A stretch of 64,000 nucleotides of DNA from Acidobacteriota bacterium (lineage in GTDB: Bacteria; Acidobacteriota; Blastocatellia; RBC074), in NCBI GenBank assembly GCA_031423495.1, contig JANPFP010000066.1, forward strand, positions 26,380 to 90,379, in the 5' to 3' direction. The position numbers and the translations under genes are program-made. The first letter of the stretch is position 1, and every line of letters starts with the position of its first letter. Below, in pieces: positions 40,290 through 49,691 of the stretch. The notes under the pieces are model-generated. The model was given only the letters and a program-made list of their open reading frames with translations. It was not told the origin of the DNA and did no database searches.

Positions 40290-43133
40290 ATGCAACTTCG
40301 TCAATTGAAACGGCTGCTGCTCGCGTGCAGCTTATGCTTACTGGTTTATGGCTTTGGTTCCGTCGCCGCGCAATCGTCAGCACAAGACACTGCACAGGCT
40401 GAATTTTTTGAGAAACAGATTCGCCCGATCTTTGCTACGCAATGCGCGAGGTGCCACAACCCGAAAGCGCAGGTCGCCAAACTCGACCTCACGACGGCGG
40501 AAGGTTTCGCCAAAGGCGGCGAGAGCGGTGCGCTTATCAATAAAGACAAGCCGGAAGAGAGCCGCTTGCTCAAGGCGATTGGCTATAGCGAAACGCTCAA
40601 AATGCCGCCGACCGGCAAGCTGAAAGACGAAGAAATTCAAGCCCTCGCCGCGTGGGTCAAAGCGGGCGCTGTCTGGCCGGGCGCAGTCGCCACGGTTGCC
40701 AAAGCCGCCAAACCGGATTCGACGCGCGCATTCACCGAAGCCGAAAAAGCCTTTTGGTCGTTTCAACCGCTGGCGCGTCCGGCGCTTCCGAAAGTCAAAA
40801 ACAACGCTTGGGTTAAGGCTCCGATTGATGCGTTCGTCTTGCAACAACTCGAAGCGAAAGGACTCAAACCCGCAGTGCCAGCCGATAAGCTGACGCTGTT
40901 GCGACGCGCGACTTTTGATTTGACCGGCTTGCCGCCGAGCGAAAAAGAGATCAACGAATTCCTCGCCGACAACGCAAAAGATGCCTTTGCCACAGTGGTT
41001 GATCGTTTGTTGGCTTCTCCGCGTTACGGCGAGAAGTGGGGACGCCACTGGCTTGACGTGGCCCGTTATGCCGACTCGACCGGCAACGACGAAGATCATC
41101 GCTATCCGCACGCGTGGAAGTACCGCGATTACGTGATCGAATCTTTCAACAACGATTTGCCTTACGATCAATTTATCCGCGAACAAATCGCGGGCGATAT
41201 GTTGCCAAGCAAAGACGGTAGCGAAGTGAATCGGCGCGGCATTATCGCTACGGGATTTTTGGCGTTGGGGCCGAAAGCGATTGCGCAGCAAGACAAAAAG
41301 AAAATGTTGTATGACGTTTTCGACGAACAGGTAGACGTGACGACCAAAGCCTTTCTCGGCCTCACCGTAGCTTGCGCGCGCTGCCACAATCACAAGTTCG
41401 ATCCGCTGTTGACGAAAGATTATTACGCGCTGACCGGGATGTTTGCCAGCACCAAGAGTTTCTCGAACGCCGAATCGCACGTTTCAGTCCCGCTCGAAAA
41501 ACCGCTCGTGCCCAAAACGGAATGGGACAAATACAAAGCCGAACGCGATGCGCTGCAAGCGAAGCAGAGTGCTGCGATGACCGAGATCAGCGAGATCGTT
41601 GACAGCGTACGCGAACCCGCCGCGCGTGAACTCGTGCCGCGCACAGCGGATTACATGCTGGCGGCGCATCGTGTCTATGCCGAGAACGCGAATGCTCTCG
41701 ACGTAGCCGTTCGCGCCAAGCTCAATCTCGATGCGTTGCAACGTTGGGTCAAAGTTTTGAAACCCGAAGACCTCACGCCGCAACACTTGTTGGAATGGCG
41801 CAAGGCTACGGATGAAAAACGCGCTGCCGTGGCGCAACAATATCAGCAGCAATTGCAAACGCGTCTTGCCGGTTGGCTCAAGCGCATGGGCGAATGGCGC
41901 ACAGGCGGGAAGCCGCTGCAAACCGACAGCGATGGCCGAACCGTCAGGAAGCCGGTGTTTGAAGCCGGCGAAGATCGTTTCTTCCAAGCCGTTTATGTCA
42001 GCGGCACCGGCCCGCTCGGAATCACCGCTAAAGACAAAAAGCGTTTCAACGAAACGCAAAACAACCACATCGCTGAACTCGAAAAAGAAATCGAATCACT
42101 AAAAAAAGCCGCGCCGAAAGAACTCGATATGGCCTGCGCGGTGGAAGAAGGTGAAACGCTGGCACAGCCCGTATTCATTCGCGGCGATTACCACAGCGAG
42201 GGCGAAGAAGCGCCGCGCTCTTTCCCCGCGATCTTGTCGAAATTCGATACGCAGCCTGCTTTCAAAGGCAGCGGACGTTTGCAATTCGCCGAATGGCTCA
42301 CGCAACCCGAACATCCGTTGACGGCGCGTGTGCTGGTCAATCGTTTGTGGCAAGGCCATTTTGGCGAAGGCTTAGTTCGTACGCCGGACAATTTCGGCAA
42401 GATGGGCGAACGGGCTTCGCACCCTGAGTTGCTAGACTTTCTGGCGCGCGAATTCGTGCAAAGCGGTTGGTCAATCAAAGCGATGCACCGCGTGATGATG
42501 TTGTCGAACACTTATCAAATGGCGAGCGAAAACACGGCGGCGTTGAGTGCCGATCAAGACAATCGTTTGCTGTCGCGCTTCAATCGTCGTCGCCTCGCGG
42601 TCGAAGAATTGCGCGACGGCTTATTGCAAATTGACGGGACGATTGATTTGACGATGTTCGGTTCGTTGCAAAGCGGGCGCGGCACCGACGGCGAAACCAG
42701 CCAGGGCCGTTTGAGCATCAATCCCGACAAACAAAAACGGCGGACGGTTTATTTGCCGCTGCGTCGGGCGAACTTGTCTACGTTGCTGAATCTTTTTGAT
42801 TTTGGTGATGCGACGACGATGAGCGGCAAGCGGCAACTGACCAATGTTTCTACGCAGGCGTTGTTCTGGCTGAACAGCGAATTCCTGACCGACGGTTCGA
42901 CCACGATTGCCAAAGGCTTGTTGAGCGACGCCCAACTCACTGACGAAGCGCGCATCGCCAGCCTTTACCTGCGCGTGTTGAATCGCACTGCCGACTCGCG
43001 CGAAGTTGCCGCCGCGTTGCAATACGTGAATGCGTTCAAACAGAAATTCGCGGGCGAGCAAGCCGACCTCAAAGCGTGGCAGAGCTTCTGTCGCGTGTTG
43101 ATGGCGTCGAATGATTTCCTTTACGTTGACTAA
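40290..43133 (+). CDS. PSCyt2 + DUF1549 + DUF1553 protein, 947 aa, with signal peptide
   Basis: FEKQIRPIFATQCARCHNPKAQ (PSCyt), CARCHNHKFDP (DUF1549), and a C-terminal DUF1553-like region. Confidence 0.8.
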   Translation: MQLRQLKRLLLACSLCLLVYGFGSVAAQSSAQDTAQAEFFEKQIRPIFATQCARCHNPKAQVAKLDLTTAEGFAKGGESGALINKDKPEESRLLKAIGYSETLKMPPTGKLKDEEIQALAAWVKAGAVWPGAVATVAKAAKPDSTRAFTEAEKAFWSFQPLARPALPKVKNNAWVKAPIDAFVLQQLEAKGLKPAVPADKLTLLRRATFDLTGLPPSEKEINEFLADNAKDAFATVVDRLLASPRYGEKWGRHWLDVARYADSTGNDEDHRYPHAWKYRDYVIESFNNDLPYDQFIREQIAGDMLPSKDGSEVNRRGIIATGFLALGPKAIAQQDKKKMLYDVFDEQVDVTTKAFLGLTVACARCHNHKFDPLLTKDYYALTGMFASTKSFSNAESHVSVPLEKPLVPKTEWDKYKAERDALQAKQSAAMTEISEIVDSVREPAARELVPRTADYMLAAHRVYAENANALDVAVRAKLNLDALQRWVKVLKPEDLTPQHLLEWRKATDEKRAAVAQQYQQQLQTRLAGWLKRMGEWRTGGKPLQTDSDGRTVRKPVFEAGEDRFFQAVYVSGTGPLGITAKDKKRFNETQNNHIAELEKEIESLKKAAPKELDMACAVEEGETLAQPVFIRGDYHSEGEEAPRSFPAILSKFDTQPAFKGSGRLQFAEWLTQPEHPLTARVLVNRLWQGHFGEGLVRTPDNFGKMGERASHPELLDFLAREFVQSGWSIKAMHRVMMLSNTYQMASENTAALSADQDNRLLSRFNRRRLAVEELRDGLLQIDGTIDLTMFGSLQSGRGTDGETSQGRLSINPDKQKRRTVYLPLRRANLSTLLNLFDFGDATTMSGKRQLTNVSTQALFWLNSEFLTDGSTTIAKGLLSDAQLTDEARIASLYLRVLNRTADSREVAAALQYVNAFKQKFAGEQADLKAWQSFCRVLMASNDFLYVD

Positions 43134-43136
43134 GAG

Positions 43137-43206
43137 CATGTAGTCCCGCCTTCAGGCGGAATGTCTTGAGTGAGCGAGACATTCCGCCTGACGGCGGGAC
43201 TACATG
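43137..43206. terminator. 29-nt imperfect inverted repeat (one mismatch) with nested palindromes, immediately after the stop at 43133; probable terminator or attenuator
   Basis: catgtagtcccgccttcaggcggaatgtc ... gacattccgcctgacggcgggactacatg. Confidence 0.45.
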
Positions 43207-44373
43207 CCTCAAACATCCCCCATGCCATACAAAATCCTTGTCGTAGATGACGAACCCGACCTTGAAATCCTCATCACCCAACGCTTCCGCAAACGCATTC
43301 GCGCCGAGGAACTCACCTTTCTTTTTGCCAGCCATGGCGAAGAGGCGCTGGTCAAATTACAAGCCGACAACCTCGTAGACGTCGTGCTCACCGACATCAA
43401 TATGCCTGTGATGGATGGCCTGACGCTGCTGTCCCGTTTGCGTGAAGCGCATCCGCTGCTGCGTTCCGTGATTGTCTCGGCGTATGGCGATATGCCGAAC
43501 ATTCGCACGGCGCTCAATCGTGGCGCGTTCGATTTCATCACCAAGCCAATTGATTTTCAGGATTTAGAAATCACGCTTGACCGCGCCATCAGCGACGCCG
43601 TCGAGCGCAAACAGGCGGCGCAGGATCGTGACCGCTTGCTGGCCTTGAGCCGCGAACTCGAACTGGCGCGCAACATTCAATCCGCGCTCGTTCCGCATAC
43701 CTTCCCGCAACACGAAAGCCTGTCGGTCTATGGCTCGATGATTCCGGCGGCGGAAGTCGGCGGCGATCTGTTTGATTGTTTCATGCTTGATGACCAGCGG
43801 CTGGCCTTCACCATCGGCGATGTGTCCGGCAAAGGCATCGCGGCGGCACTGTTTATGGCCGTCAGCCGCACGGTGTTGCGCGTAGCCGCCAGCAAAGGCT
43901 TGTCGCCGCAAGCCTGTCTGCTGGAAGCGCACCAGTTTCTGTATGGCGAGCGCCGCGCTACGTCCCACTTCGTCACCTGTTTTTACGGCATTCTCGATCT
44001 GGCGACCGGGCAATTGGAATACAGCCGCGCCGGACACAATCCGCCGTATCTGGTGCGCGGCGATGCGGTGCAAACGCTGGATGCGGCGAGCGGGTTGCCG
44101 CTGGGCATGATCAGGCGCGTGAACTACGACACGGCAACGGTGCAGCTTGCTCCCGGAGACACGCTGCTGCTGTTCACCGACGGCATCACCGAAGCGATGA
44201 ATCCGCGACAAGAGGAATATGGCGAAGAGCGGCTGGTGCAATTGCTCGGCGAGCGATCGTCGGCGCTGGCTGTGGAGGAGTTAGTTCGGTTGGTGACACA
44301 AGAGGCGATTGCGTTCGCCGAGGGCGCACCAGCTTCGGATGATATGACGGTTTTAGGCGTGCGGTATGTTTAG
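43204..44373 (+). CDS. Response regulator (REC) fused to a PP2C/SpoIIE-type serine phosphatase
   Basis: YKILVVDDEPD...VVLTDINMPVMDGL (REC) and GDVSGKGIAAALFMAVSRTVLR (SpoIIE/PP2C). An alternative start at 43222 (MPYKIL) would avoid the hairpin. Confidence 0.85.
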   Translation: MPQTSPMPYKILVVDDEPDLEILITQRFRKRIRAEELTFLFASHGEEALVKLQADNLVDVVLTDINMPVMDGLTLLSRLREAHPLLRSVIVSAYGDMPNIRTALNRGAFDFITKPIDFQDLEITLDRAISDAVERKQAAQDRDRLLALSRELELARNIQSALVPHTFPQHESLSVYGSMIPAAEVGGDLFDCFMLDDQRLAFTIGDVSGKGIAAALFMAVSRTVLRVAASKGLSPQACLLEAHQFLYGERRATSHFVTCFYGILDLATGQLEYSRAGHNPPYLVRGDAVQTLDAASGLPLGMIRRVNYDTATVQLAPGDTLLLFTDGITEAMNPRQEEYGEERLVQLLGERSSALAVEELVRLVTQEAIAFAEGAPASDDMTVLGVRYV

Positions 44374-44377
44374 TTAT

Positions 44378-44529
44378 GGAGTGCTGCGGCTCGACGCAGC
44401 TTTTCGTTCGCCGCGATTCGACTCAGGTTACCCCAAGCGGTCAAATGCGAACGCAACGCTGCGGCGATATTAAGGGTTACCCCAAGCGGTCAATTGCGAA
44501 CGAAAAGCTGCGTCGAGCCGCAGCACTCC
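44378..44529. promoter_or_regulatory. Structured intergenic element: a perfect 34-bp inverted repeat enclosing two 27-nt direct repeats (gttaccccaagcggtcaa[a/t]tgcgaacg)
   Basis: Read directly from the sequence: stems 44378–44411 and 44496–44529; DRs at 44427–44453 and 44476–44502. Confidence 0.6.
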
Positions 44530-44551
44530 ATGTCGCACTGAAAGGGCTGAA

Positions 44552-47500
44552 ATGAAGAAAAATCAAAAGGCAAAAGGCAAAAGGCAAAAGGCAAAAGTGG
44601 AATGCGGAAGCAGAGCTTTTTCTGTATTTCCGAAATCAAGTTCCGAACTTTTTCCTTTTGTGTCTGGCTTTCTGAACTTTTGCCTTTTGCCTTTTGCCTT
44701 TTGCCTTTTGATTTTTCTGCTGCTTGCCTTTCCGGCGTTCAGCCAGGAGCCCGCGCTAAAGGCCGAAATCGGCATGCCCTTGCTGCGCAATTACACGTCG
44801 AAGGAATACGGAGCCTCCGCCCAGAACTGGAGCATTCTGCAGGATCGTCGTGGCGTGCTCTACGTCGGCAACCTCGGAGCTGCCGTGCTGGAATACGACG
44901 GCGTTACCTGGCGCAAGATCAGCATCCCCGGCGCAGGTCGTTCCCTCGCCCTGGACGCTGCGGGAAAGATTTGGGTGGGTTCTCAGGCGGACTTCGGTTT
45001 CCTGGAACCCGACGCCAACGGCACGCTGCAATACGTCTCGCTGGTTGAGAAGATTCCGCCGGAGCACCGCAGCTTCAACGATGTCTGGCGGGTGCTGTCC
45101 ACTCCACAGGGAACCTTCTTTCAATCCTACGCGCGCCTCTTCCGCTGGGATGGCCAGCGGGTGCAGGTCTGGGCCACGAAGACGCGCTTTGAAGCGCTCT
45201 CGGAAGTGCGTGGTCGCATCTATACCTCGCAGATCGGCATCGGTTTGCAGGAAATTGTGGGCGATGAATTACGCAACCTGCCCGGTGGCGTGGCCTGGAA
45301 AGATTCCATCAAGCTCATTCTGCATCCGTATGACGAACAGCGCATCCTGGTCTCTGCCCAGCGGGAAACGCTAACACTTTACGATGGTGAGCAGGTGACC
45401 CTGTTTCCGACTCAGGCGGACGATCATCTCAGGAAAAGCGAACTCTACACGTCCACGCCGCTCCCCGATGGCGGCTTCTGCCTCAACACTCAGGCTGGTG
45501 GCGCGGTGATCATTGAGCGCGATGGTCGGCTGCGCCGCATTCTGGACAAGGATTCCGGGCTGCAAACTCAGAAGGTCAATGCGGCTTTTACTGATCGCGA
45601 GGGTGCCTTATGGCTGGCGCTTGGCTCCGGCATCTCCCGCGTGGACATCAACTCCCCGATTGCTCTCTTTTCCCGCCAAAGCGGTTTCGATGTCATGCGC
45701 CACGGCGGCTCGCTCTACGTTACGTCTTTACACACGGGCGTTGCGCTCTACCGCCTGGAGCCGAATCGAACCACTGGCCTGGCCGCCTTGCAACCGATCC
45801 CTTCTCGTGCTGTTCAGGCTTATCGCCTGCTATCCTTCCTTGATCCCGCTGGCAAAGCGCCGCCCCAGTTGCTCGCCGCCGCCTTTTATTATGGTGTCAT
45901 GAAAATCGAGGGCGATGTAATTTCCCCGACCCTGCCACGCGAGCAAGGGCTGGTAGAGTGGGGGGACACGCTGCTGCAATCCCGGCAATTTCCTAACCGC
46001 GTGTTTGCGGGGTACTCGGGTAGCCTGTCTTCCATCCGCTGGGAAAACGGTCAATGGATTAATGAGGGCCGCATTCCCACCAACAGCGTTGTGAGGTCAT
46101 TGGCTGAAGAGGGCGATGGCACGCTTTGGGCTGGTACCAGCACGGGCGGCGTGCTGCGCGTGGTCGTCCCCGCCACCGGGATGCGTGATGCGAAAGTGGA
46201 ACGCTTCACTGAAAAAGACGGGCTGGGGAAACGCGTGCATGAGGTGCTCCACGCAGACGGCCAACTTTTCGTTATTCCGTCCCCGACGAAGAACATCCTG
46301 CGCTGGGATGGAGCGGCTCGTCGTTTTATCCCTGACAACCGCTTCCTGCTTCCGCTGCCAGACCCCGAGGCGGGGGCTAGATTGCAGTTACTCCCAAACG
46401 GCGACATCTGGTCCAGAACTTCAACACTCAACGATCAACGGCAGGGCATCTTTCGCCGCCAGGCTGATGGAACCTATCAACTCGACGAAGCGCCTTTCCG
46501 CGGCTTGTCCCGGTTCGGGGTTCGCAACGTCCTGTCTGAGTCGGACGGCAGCCTCTGGATTGCCGGTGATGACGGCCTCGTCCGCTTTGACCAGCGGATG
46601 AAACCCACCGCCGCGCCGCCTTTCTCCGCGTTGGTGCGCCGCGTCAGCGCAGGGGCGGACGCCATCGTCTTCGGTGGAGCAACACTCGCCGCTCCGCTGC
46701 GTCTGCCCTTCGCCCGCAACTCGCTGCACTTTGAATTCGCCGCGCCGAGTTACGGCGACGAAGCGGGAACCGCATATCAATACCGCCTGGAAGGAGCCGA
46801 CAAAGACTGGTCGGGCTGGGGCAGGCAAACCGAAGCCAACTACAACAACCTCGGCCCCGGCGCGTACCGGATGCGCGTCCAGGCGCGCACCAGTGATGGT
46901 CGCCTCAGCGAAGAAGGAGCCTTCAGCTTCACGATCCTGCCGCCGTGGTATCGCACGTGGTGGGCTTATGGTTTTTATGCGCTGCTGCTGGCGGCGTTGA
47001 TTTATGCGGCTGCGCGCCTGTTGCGGCGACGTGTCGAGGCGCGCGAACAAGCGAAAGCCGCGCAACGCGAAGCGGAGTTGCGCGCGGAAACTGCTCTGCG
47101 CGAAGCCGAGTTGCGCGCCGATGCCGCCGCCGCGCAGGCGAAATCGCTGCAAGCCGAAAACGAGGCTTATCAACGCCTCAAAGCGACGCAGGAACAATTG
47201 CTGGTGCAGGAAAAACTGGCTTCGCTCGGAGCCTTGACCGCAGGCATCGCGCACGAGATCAAGAATCCGCTGAACTTCGTCAACAACTTCGCCGACCTGT
47301 CGGTAGAACTGATGGACGAATTGCGCGAAGACATCGAAAAGAACAAGGCCGCGATTCCTGCGAAGGATTACGAGAACATCGAAGCCTTGCTCGACGACCT
47401 GACCGGCAACGCCAAAAAGATCAACGAACACGGCAAACGCGCCGACGGCATCGTGCGCAGCATGCTGCTGCATTCGCGCGGGCAAGCGGGCGAACGCCAA

Positions 47501-48001
47501 CCGACCGACATCAACGCGATGCTGGACGAATATGTGAACCTGACGTATCACGGCATGCGCGCGCAGGATTCATCCTTCAACGTCACCATCGAACGCGCGC
47601 TGGCAAGCGATGCCGGAATGGTCGAGGCGATTCCGCAAGACCTGAGCCGCGTGTTTTTGAATTTGCTGAACAACGCCTGTTACGCGGTGAACGACAAGGC
47701 GAAAAAGAACGGCGCAGGCTTTGTACCGAAGCTGCGCGTGAGTTCGGTGAACCTGGGCGATGCTGTCGAGATTCGCATCCGTGACAATGGCATGGGCATT
47801 CCGCCGGAAGTGCGCGACAAAATCTTCAATCCGTTTTTCACGACGAAACCTACGGGGCAGGGAACGGGCTTGGGTCTTTCGATCAGTCACGACATCGTCG
47901 TGCAGCAACACCACGGACAACTGGAAGTGGAAACCGAACCGGGCGAATACACGGAATTCATCGTGCGTTTGCCGCGCAGCAGTGGATTACGGCTGCGATG
48001 A
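44552..48001 (+). CDS. Sensor histidine kinase with periplasmic beta-propeller repeats and a Y_Y_Y domain, TM segment, coiled coil, HisKA and HATPase domains
   Basis: [42 protein letters not shown] (Y_Y_Y), [18 protein letters not shown] (H-box), [13 protein letters not shown] (G2 box). The true start is uncertain because the 5' end runs through the heptamer element; the second arm encodes a signal-peptide-like [23 protein letters not shown]. Confidence 0.85.
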   Translation: MKKNQKAKGKRQKAKVECGSRAFSVFPKSSSELFPFVSGFLNFCLLPFAFCLLIFLLLAFPAFSQEPALKAEIGMPLLRNYTSKEYGASAQNWSILQDRRGVLYVGNLGAAVLEYDGVTWRKISIPGAGRSLALDAAGKIWVGSQADFGFLEPDANGTLQYVSLVEKIPPEHRSFNDVWRVLSTPQGTFFQSYARLFRWDGQRVQVWATKTRFEALSEVRGRIYTSQIGIGLQEIVGDELRNLPGGVAWKDSIKLILHPYDEQRILVSAQRETLTLYDGEQVTLFPTQADDHLRKSELYTSTPLPDGGFCLNTQAGGAVIIERDGRLRRILDKDSGLQTQKVNAAFTDREGALWLALGSGISRVDINSPIALFSRQSGFDVMRHGGSLYVTSLHTGVALYRLEPNRTTGLAALQPIPSRAVQAYRLLSFLDPAGKAPPQLLAAAFYYGVMKIEGDVISPTLPREQGLVEWGDTLLQSRQFPNRVFAGYSGSLSSIRWENGQWINEGRIPTNSVVRSLAEEGDGTLWAGTSTGGVLRVVVPATGMRDAKVERFTEKDGLGKRVHEVLHADGQLFVIPSPTKNILRWDGAARRFIPDNRFLLPLPDPEAGARLQLLPNGDIWSRTSTLNDQRQGIFRRQADGTYQLDEAPFRGLSRFGVRNVLSESDGSLWIAGDDGLVRFDQRMKPTAAPPFSALVRRVSAGADAIVFGGATLAAPLRLPFARNSLHFEFAAPSYGDEAGTAYQYRLEGADKDWSGWGRQTEANYNNLGPGAYRMRVQARTSDGRLSEEGAFSFTILPPWYRTWWAYGFYALLLAALIYAAARLLRRRVEAREQAKAAQREAELRAETALREAELRADAAAAQAKSLQAENEAYQRLKATQEQLLVQEKLASLGALTAGIAHEIKNPLNFVNNFADLSVELMDELREDIEKNKAAIPAKDYENIEALLDDLTGNAKKINEHGKRADGIVRSMLLHSRGQAGERQPTDINAMLDEYVNLTYHGMRAQDSSFNVTIERALASDAGMVEAIPQDLSRVFLNLLNNACYAVNDKAKKNGAGFVPKLRVSSVNLGDAVEIRIRDNGMGIPPEVRDKIFNPFFTTKPTGQGTGLGLSISHDIVVQQHHGQLEVETEPGEYTEFIVRLPRSSGLRLR
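44564..44713. repeat. Copy 2 of the inverted (AAAAGGC)n / (GCCTTTT)n heptamer-array element, at the 5' end of the histidine kinase gene
   Basis: 44564–44597 caaaaggcaaaaggcaaaaggcaaaaggcaaaag; 44677–44713 cttttgccttttgccttttgccttttgccttttgatttttc. Confidence 0.8.
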
Positions 48002-48056
48002 TTACTTCACGAAACCGCTTGATTTCGGTATGTTGAAAGCGAAATTACTGACAGCA
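47970..48056 (+). pseudogene. Remnant of the C-terminal end of a receiver (REC) domain (…[25 protein letters not shown]), out of frame immediately after the HATPase domain
   Basis: The alternative frame across the histidine kinase stop encodes a canonical REC alpha4-beta5 motif (GADDYLTKPFD-like), with no upstream remainder of the domain. Confidence 0.35.
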
Positions 48057-48190
48057 AACGGTAGCGCAATCTGCCGAAATTGCGTGGCGTGATGACCTAC
48101 GACATTGATTGCGCCCATAACCCCACGGCTTCGGTAAGTGAAGCTGCGCAATCTCGGCAGATTGCGCTACCGTTGTATTCTTTTTTAATG
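48057..48190. terminator. 29-nt inverted repeat (2 mismatches) with a 57-nt loop, followed by a T-run (tattcttttttt); likely a terminator or small inserted element downstream of the histidine kinase
   Basis: aaacggtagcgcaatctgccgaaattgcg ... cgcaatctcggcagattgcgctaccgttg. Confidence 0.4.
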
Positions 48191-48198
48191 ATAGCCCG

Positions 48199-48648
48199 AT
48201 GAAAACACTGAGCAATCCGCAAGACTTGGTTGAGATTCAAACGCGCTTGCAACAAGTACGCGCCGATTCAGCGCGGCAATGGGGCAAGATGAACGCGCAT
48301 CAGATGCTTTGTCATTTGTGCGACGCCTTTCGCAACGTATCGGGTGAACGGCCTACGGCGTGGCGCGGCAACTGGTTTACCAAACACGTATTGAAATGGT
48401 TGGCGTTGCAAGCGCCGATGCAATGGCCGCACGGCGTCAAAACCAGCCCTGAAGCCGATCAGGAAATCGGCGGTACGAAGCCGGTTGAATTTGCGCGCGA
48501 CCGTGCCGATTGCGAAGCCTTGTTGCGACAGTTTGTTTCAGGCCAATCGTTTGTGCGGCATCCGATGTTCGGCGAGATGACGAACGAGGAATGGATGCGT
48601 TGGGGTTATTTGCACTGTGATCATCACCTGCGACAGTTCGGAGTTTGA
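48199..48648 (+). CDS. DUF1569-like (DinB/YfiT-like four-helix bundle) protein
   Basis: Size about 150 aa, and a C-terminal WGYLHCDHHLRQFGV resembling the DUF1569 terminal HxxHHLxQFG motif. Confidence 0.45.
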   Translation: MKTLSNPQDLVEIQTRLQQVRADSARQWGKMNAHQMLCHLCDAFRNVSGERPTAWRGNWFTKHVLKWLALQAPMQWPHGVKTSPEADQEIGGTKPVEFARDRADCEALLRQFVSGQSFVRHPMFGEMTNEEWMRWGYLHCDHHLRQFGV

Positions 48649-49691
48649 TTATGGAAAAGGAGCTACCAATCAACTCAGCCGAGCCGGACGATCAAGACAG
48701 CGCGTGGAAAGACTTGCTCGACGCCTGCTTGCCGGAGTTCATGGCTTTCTTCTTTCCGCACGTCGAGTGCGAAGTAGATTGGACGCGCCGATACGAGCCG
48801 ATGGATAAAGAGTTGGCGCAACTTAAACCTGATTTGCCAAGCGGCAAACTGTATGCGGATAAGCTCTATCAGGTTTGGCTCAAGAACGGGCAAGCCAAAT
48901 GGATTTTGATTCACATCGAAGTGCAGGGACGCGCCCTTCGTGGTTTTGCGCGCCGGGTCTTTGATTACAATTATCGTATCGGCGCAAAGTATCCGAACGT
49001 AGATGTTGTGAGCTTGGCGATCATCACCGAAACCAAACGCCCGGTGGCGGGACGTTATGAAAAATCGGCGTTCGGCTGTTCGGTGGTGTTTACGTTTCCG
49101 CTGGCGCAATTGGCTGCGTATGCGAACAAGTTGGCGGAGTTGGAAAAGAATCCGAACCCTTTTGCGTTGGCTGTGGCAGTGCAGTTGAAAGCGTTGGAAA
49201 CGCGCGGTGATAATCAAAGCCGGTACGGATGGAAGAAAGCCTTTATTGCCGGGTTGCGCAAACGTCGCTATCCGCGTGAGAGAATTGCTGCGTTGCTCAG
49301 GTTTATGGATTGGGCGATGCGGTTGCCCGCTGCGTTGGAAGAGCGCCTCAAAAACGAGATCAAAGGAGTACAGAGCATGTCGTATGTAACGTCTTGGGAA
49401 AGAATGGCAGAACAAAAAGGCAAGCAGATAGGCAAACAGGAAGGTAAACAGGAAGGCAAGCAGGAAGCCTCGTTGTCGCTGGTGACAATGTTTCTTTCAG
49501 AGCAATTTGGTACGTTGAGCGACACGCTGCAAATAAAATTGCGAAAGCTATCCACTGAACAATTGCAATCCTTGTTTGCCGACGCGCTCAAGTTTGAAGC
49601 CCAGTCTGACGTGACAACCTGGCTGAAACAGCACGCGAACCAGATGGCGGCGAAACATAACGGAACACATTCAAAGAAAAAGGGCCAATGA
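48645..49691 (+). CDS. Rpn-family recombination-promoting nuclease / putative transposase (YhgA-like, PDDEXK_7 + DUF4351)
   Basis: N-terminal PD-(D/E)xK-like region (ILIHIEVQ...) and a C-terminal LSTEQLQSLFADALKFEAQSDVTTWL (DUF4351-like). Internal KQEGKQEGKQ repeat. A 4-nt overlap with both neighbouring genes. Confidence 0.65.
   Translation: MIMEKELPINSAEPDDQDSAWKDLLDACLPEFMAFFFPHVECEVDWTRRYEPMDKELAQLKPDLPSGKLYADKLYQVWLKNGQAKWILIHIEVQGRALRGFARRVFDYNYRIGAKYPNVDVVSLAIITETKRPVAGRYEKSAFGCSVVFTFPLAQLAAYANKLAELEKNPNPFALAVAVQLKALETRGDNQSRYGWKKAFIAGLRKRRYPRERIAALLRFMDWAMRLPAALEERLKNEIKGVQSMSYVTSWERMAEQKGKQIGKQEGKQEGKQEASLSLVTMFLSEQFGTLSDTLQIKLRKLSTEQLQSLFADALKFEAQSDVTTWLKQHANQMAAKHNGTHSKKKGQ

Noticed and set aside
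40377-42068. 367-aa and 194-aa minus-strand ORFs
   Set aside because: Antisense to the 947-aa PSCyt/DUF1549/DUF1553 gene.
28764-44713. CRISPR array interpretation of the heptamer arrays and of the 267-nt tandem repeats
   Set aside because: The heptamer units are 7 nt with no spacers. The 267-nt repeats are protein-coding Ig-like domains. No cas genes are present.
46421-47784. 376-aa minus-strand ORF and 279-aa plus-strand ORF inside the histidine kinase
   Set aside because: Alternative frames of the well-supported kinase gene; Arg-rich junk.
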